From Phallusia mammillata (taxonomy: Eukaryota), in assembly GCA_965637545.1 (NCBI GenBank), contig OZ281497.1:28520001-28584000 (forward strand): DNA of 64,000 bases. Reading direction: 5' to 3'. This document shows, one piece after another, positions 48,770 through 60,527 of this stretch. Position 1 is the first letter of the stretch, and every line of letters begins with the position of its first letter. The position numbers were made by a program, and so were the translations under genes. Below the pieces are notes generated by a model. The model made no database searches, was not told the DNA's origin, and saw only the letters and a list, made by a program, of their open reading frames with translations.

Positions 48770-51166
48770 ATGGGCAATAACGCATCTAAAAAACATTCAT
48801 CCCGAAAAAGGGAGGAACAAGTAGCCAAGTCCAACAAGTCCCGAAGACCTGAAATCCAACCAAGCTTGTACCGAAGATTAAGCAACGCTGAATCCCAATC
48901 CAACTTGTTCCAAGGACCAAATAATGCTGAACAACCCGGCTTGTCACAAGGAAAAGGTGATGTTAAATCCCAACCTGGTTTGCCACAGGGACAAGGTGAT
49001 GCCAAACCCACATCCAGTTTGATACAAGGACCAGATTATGCTAAACCCCAACCCGGTTTGATCCACCAACCAAATGATGCTGGACCCCAATCAGGTTTGT
49101 TACAAGGACAAGGTGATGCCAAACCCACATCCAAGTTAATACAAGGACCAGATAATGCTGAACCCCAATCCGGCTTGACGCAAAGACCAAATGATGCTAA
49201 ACCCCAACCTGGCTTGCCACAAGGACAAGGTGATGTTAAACCCCAACCTGGCTTGCCACAGGGACAAGGTGATGCCAAACCCACATCCAGGTTGATACAA
49301 GCACCAGATAATGCTGATCCCCAACCCGGCTTGACCCAAGGACCAAATGATGCTAAACCCGAACCTACATTGGCCAAAGGATCACAAAGTACCATATTGC
49401 CTCCAAAGGCCACGAATTTAAATTGGCATGGTGACACACATATCTGGACACAAGGGCCAGTTATAGTGGATGTAACAACAAAGGAAACAAACGAAACACA
49501 TGAAGATGTTCAGTTTGTTGAAGATCTAATATCGTTGCTTAAAAAACATGTGGAAGCCATCGCTGGTGCAGAATCGTCTCTAGCAGATGTTGCCAAACGG
49601 AAAATAACACCAGTCAACCTTGCCATAGTCAGCAAACCACAACTAATTAACGACGAGTTTCAAGCAGAGGGGCATTATTGCCACAGAAAGGAACTTGTCA
49701 ACGTTTACAACATACCAACAGGTGACATAACCTATGAAGAAATGTTTGATGAGGCAAAAGATACAGCAGAAAAAGAAGCGGAAACAAAATTCTACCGGAA
49801 TGAAGAAAAGGCAAAACACGATTACGCGGAAAAACATGGAAACGTGGTCGGTGTGGTTGGACAAGCTGGAATAGGAAAGACGACCTCAGCAAAAACGTGG
49901 GCCAGGCAAGGTCTAAGGGGAGAGTTGTTCGGAGAGACTTCCTTCTTCTTTTACATTGTGATTAGGCACATCGACTTCACAAGAGAGATGACACTCCTTC
50001 AGTTTCTTCTCTTCACTATGGCGATAGAACAAGAATATACTTTAAAACAAGAAAAAGGCATTCTCAAAGCCGTTTGCAATGATCCAAACGTTGTGATGAT
50101 TTTTGACGGTTTTGACGAGGCACGTTTTAAATCTTTTTCCACAGAAGTTCCCCAGCCCCTACCACATTTCAAATCTAAAGCGGAAAACTACCTGAAGCAT
50201 TTAGTGGGAGGAAACTTGCTTCCACGTGCTCGGAAGATTTTTACGTCACGTCCTGCTCAACTATACAAACTCCATCCTTCATATAGACCAAGGTTTATTG
50301 TTCAAATACTTGGATTGACTCCAACATCACAAGATGAACTTGGACGTCAGATATGTGGAGACAAATACGAAGATGTACACCAACAACTTGAGCAAAACCG
50401 CAATGCATTTGCATACTGCTACGTTCCTGTCAATTTTATTTTGACACTTGTTTACTTGGTAAATTACAATGGAGATATTCAGTTTGTTTCACTCACTCGA
50501 GTCCTTGCTTTCACTTGTGGCCAATATCTCACAACCAATCATTTAAGGGGCCAAGAAGGTGAGTTGGACAAACTGGCGAAGTTGGCCTATGATGCATTTC
50601 TAAACATGGAGATCGTATTCAAAGCAATGGCATTCGTGAAAGCAGGCATCAAGGAATCTACAGCCGATGCATTTACAAACACGTCAGTCACAAAGCACGG
50701 GAATCTCAAGCTGACGATATTGGATGGTCACAAAGTTCGATATTTTTCTCATCTCATTTGGCAGGAGTTTTTTGTGGCTTTCTACCTGATGATGATCATC
50801 TCTCTAGACGAGTTTGAGGAAATCCTCAAACATTTTGTAGACGACAGATGGGAAGTAGTTTCTAAATTTGTTTTCGGGATTTGCGATCCTTCAGTTTTCC
50901 ATCAACTCGAGACTCTTGTTCCTGAGAGTTCTCCTAAGGATTGGAAGGAGAAGAAATCTTTGCTTATAAAGTTTATCCAGCATAAACCAAAGCTCAGTAA
51001 AGAAGAAATCTTACGAGATTGCAGCTGGGCTCATGAGTCAAATGACCTGGAAACTGCTTCATCTGTGGCCTCCCTACTTCCTGATGAGCTAGACCTTAGT
51101 AGATCATCTCTCCTTCCAGCTGACTTTGAGGGTCTTTCCTTCGTGATTCAACACAAAGAGACATCG
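48770..51166 (+). CDS. NLR-2 N-terminus + NACHT exon (799 aa)
   Basis: Uninterrupted ORF; GQAGIGKTT, VMIFDGFDE, FTSRP, FSHLIWQEFF; closely similar to NLR-1 across the NACHT. Confidence 0.95.
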
Positions 51167-54100
51167 GTAATGCTGTGATTTGTAATCAGCACTTTAGATT
51201 ACTGAGAAATATTTCCAAATATTTTTTTGGGATTCTATCTGCTCATTGTTAATTATTTGCCGCCAATTGATCAACATGTTTTGATAACGTCAATTTGTAC
51301 TAATATAATAAAAGGCACAACTGCGGAACTTCAACGTTCGCCTACAGCACCACAGCTATTCTATATCACTATAAACGTCACGAGGCCCAAAATCCCCAAT
51401 AAGGCAAGAAGTCAAAAAACTTCACATGACTTCAGTCCAATTATTTCCGACCATGTATACCCCCTATAATAATAGGAAACTATTTGATTAGCATGGGTAT
51501 ACAGAAAGTGACAATGTTGGTACACCATCATCACTAATGACGCAAGAGACCAAGAAGTTGTAGTCCAACTTGATCCAATGTGCTATAACGTCATGTGCAT
51601 CGGTAGCATGACGTACAATAACACAAAGTGACTCAAGTGTTGAGGGCGTACTTGTTTTACTGGAGTGTTGCTATAACAGGGCTCAACGCGTGTACAAGGT
51701 TCGACGTAAAGTTTATTTTTTACGCAAGTTCAAGCCGTTTTCACTTCATGACAAACAACACACTGCAAAAACTTGCAAAATAGTTTTTTAACCTAAAGCT
51801 AGCAAATATTCATTCTGACTAGAGTTGAAAACGAACTTGTCGAACCCGAAAGTAAGAAACCAAAACGCGCTTCTAACTCTTTTTTGTCACATAAAAATCT
51901 GTGTAAAGTCAGACCTGAATCTAGCCTGTTTTGAAGTCGGAACCCGAGCTCGGCCCACAACGCCCAACGCGACTTACATCGCTGCAGTGGCATGTTTTGC
52001 TTTAACAAGCGCTTTGGCCCTTATTCTTTGGTAATAAATAATGCAAGACATTAAAGCAAACTCATGTTGCCCAATAGCTTCCGGCAATTTGTTTGTACTA
52101 TGTAGCGTGTACTGCTGTTGTTTGATATTACCGAAATAGCTTTTGACGATTTGTCAAATTGTTTTTCATAATCGACCAATAGCAAGAGGCAGTATGCACA
52201 CAAAAAAACAGATATCAATTAATTCTTTCATTGCAATTAATCCTCACCTGTGTGACATAATAATAATAATAAAACAAACGATAAAATTATTTAGATTTTT
52301 TTCACCAATATGATACACTTTATTTTGCACTCATAACAGATAAATGATTCTAGGTAATTTTAGTAACATTTACAACAAGTCGTAATCCAAAGTTGTGCTG
52401 TCTATTTTTATTGACCTAAATTTTCCCGACGGTAAATGTGATGTTTTTTTATTGCAATAAAACTAGTTAAAGAAACTCGACCTCTCCGGCAACAAAATCG
52501 GTAACATGGAAGCAACTTCACTGGCTCCTTGTCTTTCTAACATGGAAGAGCTTGTTCTGAATGAGTGTTGTTTCGGAAATGAAGGCATCAAGAAACTCTT
52601 CGATGGAGAGAAAATCCTAACAAAGCCGGTAAAAACTTATACATTGACCACAATTTAACTTTCTCTCTTGCAAAGAGTAGATCCCTCATGAATGAATGTT
52701 ATTGTACGCTTTTTATGTTTTCTAAATAGCTTTTCTTGCTGCAATCAATGTGATCTTTTTCGTTTTATAAAAACCAGCTGAAGAGACTCGACCTCTCCGA
52801 TAATAAGATAGGCAACACAGGAGCAGCTGGCCCCTTGCCTTCCCAACTTCGAAGAACTTATTCTGTGGAAGTGTGAGATCGAAAGTGAAGGCGTCGAGAA
52901 ACTTTGTGATGGAGTGATGAAGCTATCAAAGCCGGTAAAAACTCATATTTTTGAGGATATTGAAATACATGTGAGCATGTCATTATTGTTGCTCGTCAAA
53001 TTAGGATCTTCTTCAGATGGCGGTAACAGGTCAAAAAATGTTTTCCAAATGTTTATGTCTATCTAACTTGCAAAATAATACTCGACATTTTGTGCACATT
53101 CATGACCAACGTATAATAACCAAACATGTATTTTTCATAACCAACCGCAGAACTAATCATGCTGCACATGTAAATTCGTGACATTTTTTTCTGTTTTAAT
53201 TTTTCATAACTTACGTTTAACTACATGAGAGATGTGAACAGTTTGTTTACCACAACGTGCTACTAAAAATCATTTATGCCGCTGGATATTAATATATTAA
53301 ATACAATTCATTTTTAAACGACCCTGCCCAGACTTAAAATTCGATTAACTTACAACATTAGACTTTTTTTGTTCGATATCATTACACTATGTTGCAAATA
53401 TGGTTGTATTTCGGGAATCGAACCACACCTTTTGTCGCAGAAAATGAACAAAGCAAAAAATGAGTGTGTATAATAAAATAAATATAACTTTCGTAGAAGG
53501 CGACGCTGTTGCTCAACACGTCCATTTGTTGTAACAAAAAATATTGTACAGCAGATTTTGCATCTAGCATGACTTCAACAACACTTACCGAAAAAAACGC
53601 ACACGTACTCCTTTCACTCCTGTATTGCAAAACAGTCTCGATGCACGTAGAGGCTTTGATGTAAAATAAATCATAAAGGCATTCCCAGGTCTGTCCAAGT
53701 AATCCAATAAACTAAAATTCTATAGGTAGCATAGAATAAAAAAATATAGGTAGCATTTGGGTTAATTTGATTCATTTATTTGAAAAAATACGTTAACAAA
53801 AAAGTTTGGAGCTTAGTTCACTTTTTTCCAAACTTTTGTTGCTACCTTAAACGTGAAACTTTTTTCGCATTAAAATCAGCTGAAGAGACTAGACCTCTCC
53901 TGGAGCAAGATAGGCAACACAGGAGCAGTTTCACTTACTCGTTGCCTTCCTTACATCGAAGAGCTTATACTGGAGAATTGTGCGAACGTAAGTGAGGTCG
54001 TCGACAAACTATGCGATGGAGTGAAGAAGCTAACAAAACCGGTAAAAACAAATTTATGTTTTTTTAAGGAAATGTTGCAATTATTTGAGCATGTTAGTAA

Positions 54101-55761
54101 TGTTGCTCATGAAATAAAGAACAGTTTAGATGGCGCTATCAGAATTAAAATGTGTTTTCCATATGTTTCTGTCTAACTTAGTTGCAAAATTTCGCTTAAA
54201 CTTGTGTGCAAATTTATAACCAACTTACAATGTCCTACGCCAGTAGTTTTGGTGCGTCGTTCAATTTTTCTTTTTTTAAGGGCGTCGCATAATAGTTTCG
54301 TTTGGTGGCTGAACTCAGTAACACTTTCAATGCGGTTGACGCATATCTACGTCCAAAGCCGTTTTGCGTAGAGTGCAGATTGACGTAAATTAACGTCAAA
54401 AGTTTTTGATCAAAATTGGGACTGCCCGTTAATGTACGTCACGCGTAATCAGCTTTAGAATGAATGAGGTGCGTGATAGGTGGGTCTCTGGGGCGACACT
54501 TGGTGAGCATTAAACTTGGTTTTAAATTCCCCTTGGACTTTTATTCGCTGGGGCGTCGCAAGTCCAGAAAACTTTTCCAAAGGCGACGCAACAAAAAAAG
54601 TTTGAGAACCACTGTCCTATACATATGAACTTATGCTGCGCAACACATTATTTTTCATTCTTCCTTTAAAAAGTATCAATTTTCCAAATAATACAGGTTT
54701 CACTACATGAACTGTGTAGATGATTTGTTTACAATAAATATGTTACGCAAAACGAGACATCTTAGCCACTGAAGATTAATATCTTAAAACACATCCAACC
54801 CCTAACAAAACCTTTACAATTTTTTGACACCGTTACTATTCGATGTACTTAACAACATTTTGTGTTTGTGTCAGTAGATTCAACACTATTTTTAACAAAA
54901 CCTTGTAATTGCTCTAATTTAACTACACTAATTTTATTGTCTCAAAAAATGGAAAAAGTAGAAGACAACATGTGAAATCCGTAGAAGGCGATACTGTCGC
55001 TCATTTAATACGATTTAAATTAAAACATATTTTATTATATTTTAGTTTAGCAAGGAGTACAACAACGCGTAGTGAAACAAACTTGCTGCGCATATTTGTT
55101 TAAATTGTAGGTAGGTGTAACTCAAGGTCGCCCGAAGCACATCAAAAGTTTGATCTAAATTCCACCACAAGGTCAGGGCTTTCCCAAGTCAATTTTGCAA
55201 AACAGTTTTGTTAAAACAACAACAAAAAATCCTGCCTGGCTAATCAATTCTTCTTTTATATTTGTTTGTTTTTGGATTGCTTATGAACAAAACAAGCGGA
55301 CATACGGATCTGCAATTGTTATATTTATATATATATATATATATATCCGTTAGGCAAAAGGCTGGTTATGCAAGGAACAAGCCGGTTATGAAACAATTCC
55401 TTCTTCCAAATGTTTATGTGTTAATTTTTGAAGAAATGTTAAATATTGTCAAAGATCTCTTTTTACACTTTGAGACACATAACATGACTCTATTTTAGCA
55501 TAAATGATTGAAGTGTTTGCATAATGTAATACTTTAAATTTTTTATGTTTTGCAACAACTCTTGTTAGTTGTTTTTTTTTACTTATTCTTGTTTAGATGG
55601 AACTTCTTGATCTCTCTTTTAACGACCTGACACATGAAAGTACAAAGTCATTGGCATCATGTGTCCACAACATCAAAGTCTTAGAGGTTGAACTCAATAA
55701 ATTCACAGAAGCAGAGAAGAATCTCATCAGATCAAAGTCGCGAGGAAAAGTTGTGTTATAA
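48770..55761 (+). CDS. NLR-2: multi-exon NACHT-LRR gene, 961 aa if exon 52778..52934 is skipped; join(48770..51166,52467..52628,53880..54041,55597..55761)
   Basis: ATG 48770 (MGNNASK); 802-codon ORF with the same NACHT motifs as NLR-1; donor TCG|GTAATG at 51167; phase-0 LRR exons; TAA 55759-55761. Confidence 0.85.
48911..49375 (+). repeat. Coding minisatellite: 12 units of about 39 bp (13 aa; QG[PQ][NDG]DA[KE]P[QT][PS]GL[PIT])
   Basis: Units read directly: QGPNNAEQPGLS, QGKGDVKSQPGLP, QGQGDAKPTSSLI, QGPDYAKPQPGLI, HQPNDAGPQSGLL, QGQGDAKPTSKLI, QGPDNAEPQSGLT, QRPNDAKPQPGLP, QGQGDVKPQPGLP, QGQGDAKPTSRLI, QAPDNADPQPGLT, QGPNDAKPEPTLA. Confidence 0.95.
52467..52628 (+). CDS. NLR-2 LRR cassette exon A (54 aa)
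   Basis: aaaactag|TTA...CCG|gtaaaa; LKKLDLSGNKIGNMEATSLAPCLSNMEELVLNECCFGNEGIKKLFDGEKILTKP. Confidence 0.88.
52778..52934 (+). pseudogene. NLR-2 LRR cassette exon B, frameshifted (157 bp; 5-bp deletion)
   Basis: Splice sites intact (aaaaccag|CTG, CCG|gtaaaa), but CTTCA is missing after 52826 relative to sister exons. Inclusion gives TGA at 52874-52876. Confidence 0.88.
53880..54041 (+). CDS. NLR-2 LRR cassette exon C (54 aa)
   Basis: aaaatcag|CTG...CCG|gtaaaa; LKRLDLSWSKIGNTGAVSLTRCLPYIEELILENCANVSEVVDKLCDGVKKLTKP. Confidence 0.88.
54241..54614 (+). mobile_element. hAT-type MITE, degenerate left end
   Basis: Right TIR GTTTGAGAACCACTG; left CAGTAGTTTT; TSD TCCTACGC / TCCTATAC (6/8). Confidence 0.6.
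55326..55346. repeat. (TA)n microsatellite
   Basis: Direct reading of a TA run. Confidence 0.9.
55597..55761 (+). CDS. NLR-2 terminal LRR/cap exon (54 aa + stop)
   Basis: ttattcttgtttag|ATG; MELLDLSFNDLTHESTKSLASCVHNIKVLEVELNKFTEAEKNLIRSKSRGKVVL*. Confidence 0.88.
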   Translation: MELLDLSFNDLTHESTKSLASCVHNIKVLEVELNKFTEAEKNLIRSKSRGKVVL

Positions 55762-56808
55762 ATTTAAAGCACAACCTGAACATCTATTTAATCTTACATA
55801 AACCTAATCTTTGGAACAACCCTTACAACCATTGAATGTGTGCAAGGTTTTGCATCAACGCAAAAAACCCAAAACTAACTGACTTTTTGTGCCAAACGAA
55901 TTTTATGCATAAACTGTCACAAAAACATTGCATTTCGCTTTATCAAGAAATTTAAACTGTCACAAGAAAAAAAGAGTTCTCCACAACCGACATCCAAATA
56001 CCAATAAGCTTACTTCTTAATGTGGTCAATACATGAATGTAACCATTTATCTGCAACCGCGGTAGTCATCTTTATACATAACTGTTAATATTGTCATATA
56101 TTGCCTTTCTGTTTTTCAATTCTACCACCATACTTTTACGTCACCTTTTCATTACTTCATGGTTCATGTCCGTGACGTTTATGGCAGTTACTTTTTTTGC
56201 TGCAAAAATTATTTTTTAAAATCGACAACATGGATGTTGGTTTGTTTCTCATTATGACGAATTTTGTGCTTTGTCAGTTTGTTGTTTGATATCGTGACGT
56301 AAGTTGTCGGGCGTCACAAATTCAAATTTAACTCACATCAGTTGACTATCCTGACATGACGGCGTCTATGCTAAGCACTTATTTAACTGATCAGTTTTAG
56401 GTGTGGAAATTTAATTGTGACGATATAGTTACAAAATCCAAATAAATCCAACACATTTTATTCTGAAAAAAATATTTCTAAACTTGTGTTATATGTCAAT
56501 ATGATTTAACATTTTAATAGGTTTTTGTTGCGCAAATGACTCATAGTAGCCCTTTTTTATATCATCCTAAATACTGCTGATAAAACATAAGTTGTTATTT
56601 TAGTTCGTGACAACCTTATGATTTGCATTCTGCAAACACTAGTGTAGGTTGCAACCGATTGTGTTTTTGTTTCAACTTTTTCATTTCAACTGTCGTTCGC
56701 CATGCTGTTACTTAGTGATGTCACTAGGGAATTCCCTCGATTTCAACCTAACAATACGTTTAGTTTAAAAGTTTCCTAAAAACAAGTTTTTAACCTTCAT
56801 TAGATGTA

Positions 56809-56925
56809 TTTTTTGTCTTTTTTTTCAGGTCGAACCCAGGACTGTCCCGGGGACGAATTCCGATCAGGGTTTTTTATGTCTGTATATGGGTCAGGCGCGC
56901 CAGACCGTTCGGCCAAGTTCCTGCC
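56809..56925 (-). mobile_element. tRNA-Leu-like retroposed insert (SINE head or tRNA pseudogene)
   Basis: Minus strand GGCAGGAACTTGGCCGAACGGTCTGGCGCGCCTGAC (A-box-like)..TGGGTTCGACC (B-box-like), then an A-rich tail. Absent from the paralogous region near 28310. The anticodon stem does not pair. Confidence 0.45.
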
Positions 56926-58576
56926 CTCCTTAAAACGTCTAAGTTTGTCACACATCTCGCACACCATCTAGTGGCGTCACTACCATTTTGTTAAATTTTT
57001 GTTAAATTATTTTAACAAATTAGGTCGCCCATGTATAATACATATTCTTATATTTTATGTTTTGTGCAACCTTTTGTTTTCAAATCTTTCCATTATTCTG
57101 TTACATATTTCAAACGTTGGTTGCATCTTAATTACAAGCACAGGTTAAACCGATATTTTATTTGTTACATTTTAACAATCAGAGAATATGTGACCCAAGC
57201 AGTACTTTGAACAATAACATAGAAGCCCAAAATAGTGGGCACGACGCGATAACAGCGAATGTAGAAACATCTGGCTGTGCAATACTAATAAGCCAAACCA
57301 ACAGTTGTATGATGGGTTCAACAACAGTCGGTTCAGGGACGCGAGAAAAAAAATTGTGTTCATATTGTTGCGCAGTTTGGCGACATTTTCAATCCCAAGA
57401 GAAACTCGCTATTTATAGTTTCTTTTCTCAACATTCCAGACGTCAAAACATAGATGTGGTGTGCAAATATTAGGACTAAATGGATTAAACCCCCTTTGTA
57501 AGGTTCGATAGGCGACACAATCCGTGTCTATAGACATCTATAGAAAGTTATAACTTTTATAAAAATGTAATAACCTGGCAAAACGTTTATAGCTGCCAAT
57601 ATACATAAACATTGGAAAGTCTATAGTTGCTAACATACATGCCCATTGGAAAAGCCTAACCCATTGTTTCGTATAATTTTTATTTTCCTTATTTTTGTGT
57701 TTTGTCGTCAAAAGATTAAAACTATTGTGCCCACTTGTCGGTGGCCGAATTTATTTAGCAGATTTTACAAAGAGTTTGTTCACCGAAAATTATCCGCAAC
57801 AACGGTCGTTACGTCAACTGGTAGGTTAAACCTTTATAAACATAAAATATCTTTTACGCTACTCTAGTAAAAACACATGTAAAACTAACAACTGTTTTGT
57901 TGGCAACAAATCCTAGAGATGGGGATGCGAGGGTTTTTCCCATTTTCGGAAAAAAATGTACAGGTGCCAAAATGTGCTGGTCAAAATGTAAAATATTGAA
58001 GCATTTAAAAACAATGAAAACGAAAGAGAGGAAAACAGCTATAAACAAAATGTAAGATAAGGAAAAAAAATTTCTGAAACTGCTGTATCAATGGCATATG
58101 CTAGTTCTGGTGAAAATATGAATTGAGGCAATGTACACTTCATTTAAACAAGTCAATTGAAATGATGAGAGAGCCACAACACCGCACAAAAAAAGACAAC
58201 ACGAGACAATAAAGAAAAAGGTTCGCTTCACGTCCTATGCATGTAGAGAATTACAGGGTTGCTGCAACCGGCTACTTATACAAGCCGTGTACCGACCAAA
58301 TGGCCAATCTATTTCCATTGTTATTTAGTATGTGTTTTTTTTATTCGTTTTTGCTTCCTTCACTGTGATTGTTATTACCTACCTATTGATTTGACATTTG
58401 TTACTCGTTGTTTAATATTTAAACAAAAATAGTTTTTCGCCTTGCTCATAACTTTTTATTACATTTTTTTGTCGGTTGTTCGTTTTGGGTTTTGTTGCTT
58501 TTGTTGACGATCTGCAGTTGTTTTCGTTGAAACGACTCTATGTTTTTTTCACACACTAGGTTGTGTTTTCCTAAAA

Positions 58577-58890
58577 CAGGGGTGGGCAACCTTTGCAACT
58601 GTAACTACAACTGTCAAAATTGGATCGCGGGCCGCACCGTGTACAACACAAAGTGATTTTGCTTTTTTGCTTGACAAATATGCTTACCTGACAAATAAGT
58701 ATAATTCGTATTTGATTCTAGCCACATTTTGCTTGGTTGCAGAAAACCAGCATCAGGCGCATTAATCAGCTCAAAAATATGTAATAATTGGACGTTTGCC
58801 AGTGCTTTGAAATCCAAGCATTTCTGCAGGCCGCAAAACCTTGAATGAATGGTCGCATTTGGCCCGCTGGCCGTAGGTGTCCCGCCCCTG
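58577..58890 (+). mobile_element. hAT-type MITE
   Basis: TIRs CAGGGGTGGGCAACC / GGTGTCCCGCCCCTG; perfect TSD TCCTAAAA. Confidence 0.85.
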
Positions 58891-60211
58891 TCCTAAAACA
58901 TTTGCGTTGCCCACATTTTGAATGCAACCATTTGGTACCAAAGCGAAGTAAATTTAAATAGTTTCAAATCAAGTCATCCAGGAGGAATAAATCTTTAACT
59001 ATACAAACGAACAAAAATTTACAGTTTACCTTTTTTGTGGATCGATCACCGATTGCATATGTTTTTTCTTTCCTTGACGATTTAAACGTATTTCTCGCTC
59101 TTGCCATTATTTTAAGTGACGTTTTCTGTTCGGGTGACGATTGAAAATCTATAGACTAGGTAACAAGTAAAGGTAATAAAGATTGAAGCCTTTTCGCCTA
59201 AATTTTAAACCAAACAACTGCAGAATGTCGCATTTCCAATACCCCGTTAGTTTTGTATTGTATCCCTAAGAAGCAAACAGTGGCTGTGTTTAGTTGTGAT
59301 GCATTGTCAACTTTCTGTTTACTAAATATTCTGTACATATACATGAAACGAATATTTCTAACGTTGCACATTTTAAACTTTTATGCCGACCTGTTACAAG
59401 GGCGTGTAAATCCAGTTTTTTTTGTATCATGATTTTTGCTGTACAAAGTTTTCCCTAAGCGTTTTACAATACTGCATACATTTAATTTTGTCATTTTATA
59501 AATTGCTTTATTATTATAACTTGGTTATTTTATACGATTTGTTTTACGCCCAACAAACTAGTAGCAAACTCATTTACGTTTATTGCGCCCTTTTACCAGT
59601 TTTTTCCATTGTGCGCTTTTCGTTTACAACCCACATGTGTTCTTCACTTGAGCGCTTTCTTCATGCTGCGTATTATACTGGTGCTTGCAGCAGTTTATCA
59701 CCAATTTCAGTGGACGACCTGTGGACCTCCTAAAAAGTCATGTTTCAGCATCATTTACATACAAGTTTTGTTCCTAGGTGGTGGTAGAGCGCAGTAATTT
59801 TATGTACGAGCGCTTGAAATAAAATGCACCTGAAAGAGTAGGAAAGATTATAAAGTATGTAAAATTTTTGCACACATTCCGCAGATAATGATCTAAAATC
59901 ACTTACGCCATTACACTCGTGCCATCACTTGGTGGCAGTGGAGTGCACTTTATATCAACTCGTTGTTCAACTTGGCAGGGATTTTTGCTTCATGAATTTA
60001 AATTTTGTTAAAACACAATTGCCGTGGAAGGGCCTGGATTCTTGCATTTAAGGTAAAAATAGACAGAGAAACATTTTGTAACTCAAAGCAGAAAAATTTA
60101 ATCCAATGCAGAACATTTGTTAAGGTGCGTTTGGTGACATGTTTCTTATGTAAACTTATTAACTTAATAGCAAAAGAATCAAGTTTGCCATTCAGTCAAT
60201 AAGTTAATATT

Positions 60212-60273
60212 TTTCACTTAGTTATTTCACAGATTACACCAGCGTTCACTTTGTTATTTCACAGATTACACCA
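60212..60273. repeat. Short direct tandem duplication
   Basis: TTCACTT(A/T)GTTATTTCACAGATTACACCA occurs twice. Confidence 0.85.
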
Positions 60274-60319
60274 AAGGAATTTATATGTAACCATTCGGCA
60301 ATAGTTTGTTCTTAGGTAT

Positions 60320-60527
60320 TCACTTCACAACTCAAGTACAATCTCGCAAAAACCTTCACAGAGATTGAGAAAAAGGCGGTGCATATAGCAGTCAGACATG
60401 GCGCGTGAAAGAAAATGGCGGTTCGCAATTTGCTATATATGTGGCTGTAAGTGCTTGATGTCAAGGTAAGAAGCGCAAACTTGGTTGAGTGATGGAATCG
60501 TGAAGAAAGGAAAGATGTGAAGTAAGT
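60320..60527 (+). promoter_or_regulatory. Putative promoter + short first non-coding exon, unit 3
   Basis: TATATA 60434-60439, then AACTTGGTTGAGTGATGGAATCGTGAAGAAAGGAAAGATGTGAA|GTAAGT (60522); aligns to the 33.2 kb and 2.4 kb blocks. Confidence 0.5.

Noticed and set aside
48763-49892. Minus-strand ORFs over NLR-2 and NLR-1 (e.g. 49036..49437, 16533..16868)
   Set aside because: Antisense shadows of coding repeats and codon bias; no independent domain signal.
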